From Camelus dromedarius (Eukaryota), in the NCBI RefSeq assembly GCF_036321535.1, contig NC_087452.1, positions 33,418,001-33,482,000 on the forward strand: a stretch of DNA of 64,000 nt, in the 5' to 3' direction. Below the pieces are notes generated by a model, which saw nothing but the letters and a program-made list of their open reading frames with translations, was not told the origin of the DNA and searched no databases. The stretch's first letter is position 1. Each line of letters opens with the position of its first letter. Shown here in pieces: positions 47,045-57,311 of this stretch. A program made the translations under genes and the position numbers.

Positions 47045-47100
47045 GTTGCCCTGGCGACAAGCTCAATTACCCTTGATTGCCAGCTGGTTGCCATGGCAAT
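47045..47100. promoter_or_regulatory. Pair of RFX X-boxes downstream of ACTL11
   Basis: GTTGCCCTGGCGAC (47045-47058) and GTTGCCATGGCAAT (47087-47100). Confidence 0.6.
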
Positions 47101-47869
47101 TTCAAACATAATGTAATAACCCACACAGCCTGGAGTGAGTCATGAAGGGGGGGGAACAGCCCCCTCCCCTAGCTCCAGAAGAAAAGACTGCTTGCCTTCC
47201 CCCATCTTGGGCCCTCTATAAGGGGCTGAGGCCAGGAAACTTGACAACAGCCAAAGGGTTCCACAGATGGCTGGGAGCATTTGTTGCCCCCAAGGGAGGA
47301 TACCTGTCAGAGTCTGGACTTCTTGGGGAGCTGGCCTGGTAATGCAGGTACCACCTAAATTCTGAAGCTTGGCTGGAGCTCCATGCTGTGTTGGCAGGGG
47401 CTCTAGCAGCCAGTCAGAATTTGAAGGTATAGGAGTGCTGGCTTCTGGTGTCCTGGGGCAGGAAATCCAGGTAGTGGTGCAGATAAATCCTGGAACTTGG
47501 GTGAGAGGTACAACCTGAACTGGGGGAGGAGGCTCTGGCCTGCTTTGTAGTCTCTGTAGGTATGGAGGCTCACACCTAATCTTGTCTCTATCTAGCTCCA
47601 GTGGGAGCTGGAACTGTTCACTATGGGCTCCCTTCTCCTCTTCAGCCTCCCAACCCATGCAGCCTCTGCCCACAAGGAGGCTGGGGTGCAGGCCTCCTCG
47701 GGAGATCCTCATAGAGACTATAGGGCAATGCCAGTGCCAATGCCAACTGCCCCTGCTCCTGTCCTCAACTCCACCCTGTGCTGAAGGACCTCCCACCCTC
47801 CTTCTGGCCACGCAGGTGGCTAGAAATCATGGCCCCTGAACTTGTCTGGCTCTAAAAAGTACAGTGAGT

Positions 47870-47875
47870 AATAAA
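47870..47875 (+). terminator. Candidate polyadenylation signal (AATAAA)
   Basis: First canonical AATAAA I found after the ACTL11 stop, followed by GT-rich ctctgtgt. A variant CATAAA sits at 46768-46773. Confidence 0.45.
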
Positions 47876-49899
47876 GCTCTGTGTCAGCCCAGTCCCTGGC
47901 CTGGAAGAGCTGAGAGGAGGCATTCAGCTGGTGTTGCTACTTCCTGCCTGGAGGGCAGCTGCAGGTTGAAGCCAAAACACTGAAGCCCTACCTGGCCTGT
48001 GCCCCTCTGGCTGGGAGCTGAGCGACAAGCCATACCCCTGTCCCAACCCTGGGTTCTTGTTTTTAGGTTGCCCTTGCCACAAAGGGCAAAGACCCGGCTA
48101 CACCCACACACATCTGAGAGTGAGGGGCTGCCCTAGAAATAGCCTATGATATAGGGTCACCCTAGCGCCTGTCCACCCTTGGGCATGGTCCACCCTTTTC
48201 CTATGTCCTGCTGTCACACCCTGAGTCAGCCTCCACAATCCTGAGGCCTGTGTCAGGCAGGAAGGGGACCCATGGCTCTAAGGACTAGCTACAGCGTCCA
48301 TGTGCCCACGCCAGCAGGCATGCCTGGGTGCACACAGAATGCAAACACACATGCCCCTAGGCACCACCACACACACTGTGCTCTTGCCATCTCCCATGGC
48401 ATAAGAGCACACACACACACACAGATGTACTCACACGTGTGCACATACACCCTGCCACGTGCTTTCACCCACAGGCACATGGAGTGTGCACGGGACCAAG
48501 AAGAGGTGGAGCACTGCCAGCAGTAGGCAGGGCTCTCCCGAGCTACCTCTTCCTTGCCTCTAAATCCCCCACATTTCAGCTTCTCTCTGGCCCAGCTTCT
48601 CTGTGCCTGGATGGTCGTGACCTTCAGGAAAAGCAGAAAATGTGTGTGACGTGTGTGGGGTCAGCAAGCCATGGTTCAGCTGTACCAGAGAACTCAGAGA
48701 ACCACTGTTTCAATGACAGTGGGCAGACAGCAGGAAGGACTGAGAGCCAGGCCATTTATTCATTCTGCAGACATGAACTGAGCATACCGAGATGCCACAC
48801 AGGCTCTTGTGCCTTTAGCCCTGGGCACAAGGTGTCCAGCTTGCCAGGAGATTCCTACTCACGGGTGGAGCTGGTGCCGTGATTCAGACCACCCAGAGCC
48901 CAGGGAGCCTGGCCTGGAAGAGGTGACCCAAAGCCAGGGAAGGATGTGAAGGACTCCTCCTCAACACCCACTTTGGAGATAGATATTGAAGGGGTCTTGT
49001 TTGAGCAGTCATCTCCCAGACTAGACTTCTAGCCACAGCCCCAGCCCTAACTTCCTCACTTGGGTAGTTGCTCCTATCAGCAGCTATGGGGAACTATGCA
49101 GGGGAGACTTATTCAACATGGCCAAGGGCTTGGAGATGATCCCACCCAGGATGAGGTCAGAAGGCTCACTGAGCGGGTTCGTGCGGGCTGGCACCCAACT
49201 CCAGGCATAGAGAAGCCTAAGCCTGACCTTCAAAAAGTGGCCTCAAGGCTTGTGAAGGTGGCAGGGCAAGCATTAGGTCCCTGTGCCTCCCTGACAAGGG
49301 ACAGAGAAATGGCCTAGGACTTCCTGGCAATTCTCTGCCTCCTCCCATCAGGGGCCAGGTTGGTGGGGCACCTTGGTGCTATTGTTTTCCTGTATCCCCA
49401 TATGCCAGCCCAGACCACCAATAGGGATGCCACTAATGCAACGTTCAAGGGGGATTAAACTGGAAAGAAAGCAGAGTCTACACCATGTCATAGGTAACAT
49501 TTATAGCTTGGGAAATTCAGTGCCACACAGGAGGGGGCAGACTCAGTCAGCCACCCTGGCTGGGACATGGGGAAGGGAAAGGCTTTGACCTTTCAGGAGG
49601 GGAGGGTAGTGTAGGGAGGACACTGCCAACCAAGGTGTGGAGCCCTCACTTGTACTCCCCTCCCCGTGTGTTTATTAGCTGGGCAGGGGGCAGTCTGTAG
49701 TGCAGCTTGCCCTAGCGACTGCCCACTTGGTTCTTCTAAGTGGGTTCTGCTCTTTGAGTCAGGTTTTGGGAGCTGTGAGCGCCGCTTGCTTAGGGACCTG
49801 CCAAGACACTCCTGTGCAGCTCCAGGACTCAGACTTTCCCCACACCTTCTACAATGGGCATAGGAAGGCCCCTCAGGTCCCTGTTTCCCCGTCAGTCCG

Positions 49900-50800
49900 A
49901 GGGCCTAGGAGAGCCTTTGAGAGCCGGGCCCCGGCCCGGCAGGCTAGTATTCACCGACTCCTGCTACCCCTCATCAGCCGGCTTTCGAGTGGGATTCCAG
50001 CCTCAAGCTCCTCCAGGGTCGGGGCGGAGCCTGTTGAGGGAGGCCCCGCCCCCAGCCCGCCCCCAGCCCGCCCCCGGCCCGGGGTGCGAATCCGATGCAG
50101 GCGAGCGGCGGGAGATGCTGGAGGTTCGCAAGCCGAAGTGGCTGCAGCTGGCGCCGCGTCTGCCCCGCGTGCCCGGAGCGGATTCTGCTCGCCTCCCCCG
50201 GAGCCCTCGGAGCCCCTCTGAACCCGCGATCGCTTCCTCTCTGTGACAGACCAGCGCTGCAGGTGAGGGGTGAGCCAGGAAGAGGGGGCGCCCCCCGAAC
50301 GCATATTGTGGGGTCTTAGAGGATTGGGTCTTTGGCTCGAGGTTCGGGTAGCCAAGTGCGCGGGGGTGCTGCGAGGGCTTGGGGTCCCGGCGGGGGCAGA
50401 GCACGCGGGCTCTGCAGATCCGGGGTTCAGCGTGCGGGGTTGGGCTAAAGTTCCCCGTCACCTCGGACGGCTCGGGGGTCCCAGGGGAAACCTGTAAGAC
50501 TCAAGTCTAGGCCAGTCTCCCCTTCTTGTTCCCCATCCTACCCCCCGTCTCGCTGGGCTCCTAATTGTGAAAACATTAACCCTCCAACATTCGTGGTGCC
50601 CCTTGGCGGTAGGGGCCGAGGGCTCAGCTGCCCCTCCGGACTCCCAGAGCCGCCTCCAGCCCTTCCCAACTGCCCCCGGCCCCCTCCCTCCCGCGAAGCA
50701 GTCACTAATTTCCATGACAACGGAGAGTTCTTTATGGGCGAAAACCTGAAGGGGGCTGGGCGGGGCTGCTGCGGGGTGGGGGAGGAGGCTCAAGCCCCTG
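49900..50800. promoter_or_regulatory. CpG island / CAMKV promoter
   Basis: CpG-rich, with three tandem 11-bp GC-box units (cccgcccccag) at 50045-50077. Confidence 0.8.
50098..50262 (+). other. CAMKV: CAMKV non-coding exon 1 (start approximate)
   Basis: Ends at the donor GCAG|GTGAGG (50262/50263). The sequence resembles the human CAMKV 5'UTR as I recall it and splices to the acceptor at 57298. Confidence 0.75.
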
Positions 50801-53800
50801 GGGACCAGCAGCCCCCAAGCCAAGATCCAGCTTCCGAGCCTTAACACGGGGGCCCGCCGGGTGTCCAGGGCACCCACCCAGAGCTGCGCAGTGGGGGTGG
50901 GGGACGCACATGTTTCTGCTGGGAGGTGCGGGGCTTGGTGCTCACACGTGTGCCTTCCGCATGTGTGTTGCTGTGCCAGCGGGGGCGAGTCAGCAGCACT
51001 GGGGAAGGGGGTCAGGGTGGCAGCACGATGGGGAGCAGGGCCCCTGGCTGGCTGGGTGAACAATGAGCCACTGAGTTTCTGCCTTCCCCAGCCTGTGGTG
51101 TCTGGCAGAGACCCTAGGCTCTCCCAGTCCCCATAGCTCTACCAAACTGCTTTTGTCCTCACCCCCTAGGCAGAGCTTGCTCCACCAGGTTCCCTCGTAG
51201 GGAGCTGGGCTCTCTGTCCCTCACCAAAACCTCAGTCTGCAGCAGTCCAGCCCTTGTTCTGACCCTCCTCCAAGGCCCAGGCTTTAAGCCCCCCAAGGAC
51301 CGCCTGTGGTGACCTGGTGCCCTCACCCACAATTGAGTCCTATCAGCTTTGGGCACCTGCTGGGCCCCAGTTTCCTCAAGTAGGGAATTGATGTCTCCAC
51401 TCCCCTCAGTGTCAGGCTGGCCCTGGGGTGGAGCAGAGGCTCCTTTCCCTTTTACAGCATTTGATGTGGGCCCTCAGGTGCCATAGGCTGCCTTTCCTGT
51501 ATCAGCTACTGGCCCTTCTCGGCAGCCCTTGTGCTGGCCACCACTCACTAGCAGGTGGGCAGTCCTTGCCCTGGGAGAAGGCCACAGAGTCAGTGATCTC
51601 CATCCAGGGAAACTGAGGCCGAGTGGGAGGGGGAATGCTGTGTAGTTGTTATCCTATTTCTAGGTTGCTCAGGGTGCTGTTTCTGGCCCTCAGACAGAAT
51701 CCATTGTCGGGGAGGGGGATGGCGGTGACAGGGAATTAGGCTGAGCTGCAAGAGAGGCCCTGGGGACCCAAGGCCTCTAGAGGACAGTGGATCGGGTTGG
51801 GGGTGGCTGGGGAGTCTAGGCATAGCTGGGTCAGCTGAGAGGAGGGGCTGTAAAGTGAAACAGCCAGGTCTCCAAGCTTCATTTCCATCCCCCATGCCTG
51901 TGCCTTCAACATGGTGGACCTGCCTTACCTAAGCTGCCGTGATGACAGGGAGAGGGGCTGAGGAACTGTTCCAACTGAGGGGACTGCAACAGCTGGCCTC
52001 TTCCACAGGGCTACTGCTGTCCCACACCACGTTCAGTGCATGTCTAGGGGGATACAGGAGGGTTCCTTCTCAAAGGTCCAGGCACCAGGGGCAGCTCCTG
52101 GCCCAGGTGTTCAGAGCACATGGTCATGGAGGCCTTGGGGAGCTGCTGGGCACCCATGGGCCCCTTCAACCCCCCTGCCCCCCTTCCCTCCTGTGTCCTT
52201 GTGCCTGTGTCCTTTTTACTCTGTCGCCTCTTTGCTCCCCTTCCATTGCAGGTTCTGCCTTTGTCTCTCTGTGTCCCTGCCCCCTCTCTCTTTTCTAAAG
52301 TCTCGCAACTCCCCACTGCCCCTTTCTTCATAGGGACCAGGGTCACAGAACCCATGGGGAAGGAATCAGGCCAAAGTCTCAGGGAATTCTTGGAGAAAGG
52401 GTTTAAACAACATCTCTCCCCTCCCCTCCCCTTTTTAAAAACTTCCATCACCATAGCAACCCTTTACTCTGGGGCCTTCCCTGCATTCCCCCTCCTCCAC
52501 CCACAGGGAAGCAGGGCCCCTAGTGGATTTTCCTTCAGGGGCTCAAAGATTGGAACTCCAGGTGCCTGGAAGGGGCCAATTGGCTCTTGGCTCTGCCTGC
52601 ATATTGAAGGCTGAACTTTCTGGAGGCAGCACTGGATTGTGTGCCACCCCTGAGACTAGAGAGCACCCCGCCCCCACATCCTCCCTCATTAGACAGGAGA
52701 GAGTCAGTAGAAACTATGGACCATGGTTTAGCTAGAGCCTGAGGCCCAGCCAGGGCAACACCCTGCCCAGTTACCTAAAGCAATTGGATAGTGGGCAGGA
52801 AGCTGGACTCTGTCTTGTTACACTAAACACTAAGAGTGAAGTCTCTGATTCTGCCTGTCCTGTTGCTGAAGACTTGGCTGTCGCCTGCGCAGGGCTTGGG
52901 CCTAGGCACGTCTATTACAGCAGGAAGCCCAGGCCCGGTCCCTGAGAGGAGAGCAGGGAAGGGGAGCGGGTGCTTGCAGACTGGTGTTCACAGCTACCAC
53001 TAAATCAGGAGGTGTTGCCCACAGTTAGTTGTTGGGAGGCAACCGGAGGCCTCCTGGGCCTCTCCGGGCCTTTCTAGATTTGCTGCAAGGCCTGGAGCCC
53101 CACATGGAGAGGACCAGGGTGGCAGGAAACTCCTGATTATGGCTACGAAAGCTATGGCCTGAACCAGGCTGAACCCAGTGCAGGAGGGGCTAGGACTCTA
53201 ATGTGGGACCCTTCAGCCTCTGGAGCTGGCCTCTGTCCCATTCCAGCTCCCCCTGGGCCCTGCTTGCCTTAGGCTGCAGTAGGGCCCCTAGGGGACCATT
53301 TATTACCAAGGCACCAACAGGCAGAGGCTCCCTCAGCATTGTCTGAGGGGTCAGACCTGAGGAGCAGGCAGTGGCTAGGGAATGCTTGGCCCTCAGACTC
53401 CCTTAGAGGCTCCCCCAGGCTCTGCACTTCCCCCAAGCTCCCTTTGGACAGCCCCCTGTACACAACATTCAATTTCTCAGTTTCTCTGCAGAGGATGGAA
53501 GGAACCATGTCTCAAGGGAAACAGTGCTATGGGGCTTCTGTGCCCTCCCATGTCCCAGCGTGGGACTGAGGCCTAGCCCGGGTCCTGTGTCACGGGAGGA
53601 GAGCGCTCTACTATTGGATGTGGAATCTGGGCTGTTCAGGCCATGGGGGTGAGAAATGCAAACCCCCTTTCTGTCTGGCCTTCTGCTGTTCTTAAAGCTG
53701 TCCCTCGGCTGTTACTCCCAACTTTGGGGCCAGGGACCCCCTTGTTGCAAGCAGGTGTCAGGGGCTTGGTACGTACACCACACTGGAAGCCTCCCAGGCA

Positions 53801-56099
53801 GCAGCAGTGGGTAGCAGATGGTAAAGTGGGTGGGGGTGGAGGAGACCAAGACGCTAATCAGAAGCAGCCCCCCTTTCTCCTCTCTTTGCCCTGGGGCCAG
53901 GTTGGAGGTGGAGGCAAAAGTGAGTGCAGTGATGCTGGTGAGGAGAAGCAGTCACTGGCTGAGATCAGTGCAGCCATGGTAGGGGGAAGGCAGATCCACT
54001 CCACCCCCTGCCATAAGGTTTTAGGGTCTAGCTCCAGGCTGATGTGACAGAGCAGAGGCCCAGATTTCTGTCGGGGAGACAAACCCCCAAGACCAGCCCT
54101 GGGTCCCTGTGGGCATGAGTGCATATGCACGGCCGAAAGCTGGGCCAAGATCAGGGACAGGCATATACAAAACCTCCCACGCCACGTGGCTGAGCAGGGA
54201 GCTGTTGGCGTGGGGTAGGGGGAAGTGGAGGTTGTGGAAGTTATCTCAGGGAAGGGCCATTTTGATTCAAGAGCTTCAGGATTGTTGTAGACAATCTGTG
54301 GCACAAACAACCTTATTATGTCAGATAGCACAACGAAAGAAGAGATTTAGCCCTGGTCTCAGCACCTAGCCTGTGTGGAGGTTGCTTCACAGGGAGGCCC
54401 AGGTGGGCAGTGCCTTGCCAGTGCCCATACTTCCTGCCGTTGAGTGGACACAGTTGAGCTGGCGAGTTACCTATTGTTGATTGTTTAGGTAGTTGCTGAT
54501 TTTTTTATGTTATAAATAACTGTACCATGACAAATAGGATACTGATGGGAGGCTTTGGGGGAAGGGCATTCCTGCCAGAGGCAGTGGTGTAATCAGAATA
54601 ACAGAGCTGGGACACAGGCCCCTCCCGGTCCTCCTGGAGGACCTGTGGGCTAAGGTACCACTCTCTTGCCCAGTATACAGCCCTTGGATCGCAGCCTGGG
54701 AAGAGAATCACTGCACATAAGAGCCATTGAGGAGACTGATGCCAGCCCCCTCCCCTGGATTGTTAGGGCATAGAGATGGGTGGCTGTCAGTGGTGGGTGG
54801 CCGTGCCTCTGTTCTCAGCTGTGAGAGTGGGATTCTAACCACATGCTACTCCCTGGCAGATGCAGGAGCAGGGCTGTGACCATGGCGGCAAAGATACGCA
54901 GCCGGGGATGATCTTCAAAGCTTCTCTTGTTTGCCTCCGCAGTGCCTCACAAGATGGCTTAAGCCCTGGCTTGAATCACACTGATGAAATGCATTTGTGT
55001 TCCCTGAGCCCAAAGAACCTGGATCAGGGAATGATGGAATTTATTCCCTAATGCGGAGGGCAAATTTGAGGGAGAAATTTCAGGACTGTGACCCCTGGGA
55101 AGTGGTCACTTCCCACTGGGAGGAAGCAAGCAGCAGCCAGGGCTGGCCAGGGGGTTGTGTGGGTCCTGGCCTTTGATCATGGCTGGCAGAGTCCCTCTGA
55201 CCAAGCTGCTTCCTCTGGTGGTGGCTTCCTCTCTCCCCAACTACCTTGTGGCTGTGAGTCACTCCAGGTAGGGGGACATCTAGGTAGCCAAAGCCCTAGC
55301 CCAAGCCCTTTGCAAAGCAGGTGCTAATCAGGATGGATGGAGACTGCACAGTCAGCAGAGGCAGAGCAGTTTGAATGCAGCCTCAGTGTGAAGCTTGTTG
55401 CCACCCCACTGTCACACTGACCAGCTATTATGGAGGCAGACTCTAGGTCAGGTCTGCAAAGGTCCAGACACTGTCACCAACTCCCCTTCTGAAGTTTACT
55501 TCTGAGCAAGGGCTGTGAGTGCCTTTTCCTTTGGGTGCTGGAGCCAGTCCATTCAGCACCGCAGATGAGGATTGGGCTGGTAGGGTTGTAGACCCGTGGG
55601 GCGCCATGCTCCGGGTGCCAGAGTGCCTGGAACCTACTGCAGTCAGCTGGGTGTGGTCACTTTTCTACCTGGGACACCCACCCCTGGCCTGGGCCTTTCC
55701 CCTGGACCTCACTGCCCAGGTTTCCTATGGACCCTGGCAGTCAGGCACTAGGCAGGCTTGTCTTGCTTTTCCGGACCATTACCCCTGCACACCTGCTGGC
55801 AAATCCTTTCCCTCTAAGGCCCAGCCCTAATGCTGCTTCTTCCCTAAAGCCTTTCCTCACTTCTCTCCCCAGATAGGGGTTCTCCCTCTGAGAGATCCCC
55901 CAAACACTGTGCCTGAATGTGATATTTATCAGATCAAAGTAATCACAGTGAAAATCCAACAAAATTAAAAAGTGATAGATATAAATCTGCTTCTCTGACA
56001 TCCAATTCTTTACCCCAAAGAGAACGCTTATTTTCTTAGGTGTCTTTCCAGAAAAGAGTTGGTGAGTAAACACTAGTATATAAATTAAAAAAAATTTAC

Positions 56100-56950
56100 C
56101 CAAATGCAGCACACTTTACCCACCATTCTGTTCCCTGCTTTTTCATTTATTACATATCTCAGAGACTGTCCTACAGAAGCACATTTAGATCTATTTAATT
56201 CTTTTTAGTAGCTACCAAGTATTCTTCAGTATGGATGGCCATAATTTTACAAATATTTTTAAATTATGAAATATGACCAAAATCTAGGAATGTGCCTAAA
56301 ACTTGTAAGCAGGTTTTAACAAATTGTAAAGGGAACCCCTTTGAACCCACCACTCGGGTTCAGAAACAGGTCCTGCAGAATTCCCACATGTGACCTGACT
56401 CAATCACAACCTCTCTCTTGCTCTTGGACTCATGGTATTTATTTCCTAGTGTTTCTTTATATATAGTTTTACCAGTATGTCTGCAACATTAGACAGTATA
56501 GGTTAGTTGTGCCTGTTTTGAACTCTGTTTTGGTAGAGTCACGCTCTTTGTATTTTTTTTTTTTTCCACTCCACAGCATTGATGAGATTGACCATGTGGT
56601 TGGCTACAGATATAGCTCCTCATTTCCATTGTTGTATAATATTTCATTGTGTGACTCTACCACAGTACATCCTGCTGTTGATAGATATTTGGTCTGTTTC
56701 CAGTTTGGGGTAATTGCTGCCATGAGCATCCTTGTATGAAATGTCCTGCTGCGCAAATGGACATGTTTCTGTAGGGCATCTATATAGCAGTGTGATTGCT
56801 GGTTCATAGGGTATGTTTGACTTCAGACTTCAGTAGTTTTACCAAATTGTTTTGCAGAGGGGAGACTTGTCCTCCACCAGCAGTGCTCATGTTCTCCACA
56901 TCTTTGCCAACATTTGGCATCATCAGACTTTCAGAGATGACTCTCTGATG
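56100..56950 (-). mobile_element. Old LINE-1 fragment(s) in CAMKV intron 1
   Basis: AT-rich reverse L1 3' motifs (aatatttcattgtgtg, gatatttggtctgtttccagtttgggg, tgattgctggttcatagggt). Boundaries are approximate. Confidence 0.65.
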
Positions 56951-57311
56951 GGTCAGTAGTTAGAGTCCCCTTCATCTGGGAAACAACTGAAATTTAAACA
57001 GATCATTTGATAAATCTTCTTTTGATTACATATAATGCAAAATGATTCCCTGATATGTCAGTTTAATACATTTTTCATAAGCAGGGGCTGTCACAGTTGA
57101 GCAGCCAAACTGAGTGGCTGGAGGTGTGGCCAGAAAAGCAGGGCTAGGATTCGAGCCTGACCACCCTCCAGCCCTTCCTGGTGCAGACTCTGCCCCTGGC
57201 CTGGTCTGAATCAGATTGGGGTCTCCCAAAGGCAACCTCTGTGTGCAAGGAGAAGTGGGGAGTAGTACAGCTGAGCCAGACCCCAACCTGCCCCCAGCTC
57301 AGAGCCTGGCA

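Noticed and set aside
55552-55572. Possible REST/RE1 site in CAMKV intron 1 (TTCAGCACC...)
   Set aside because: Only the left half matches; the GGACAG right half is missing.
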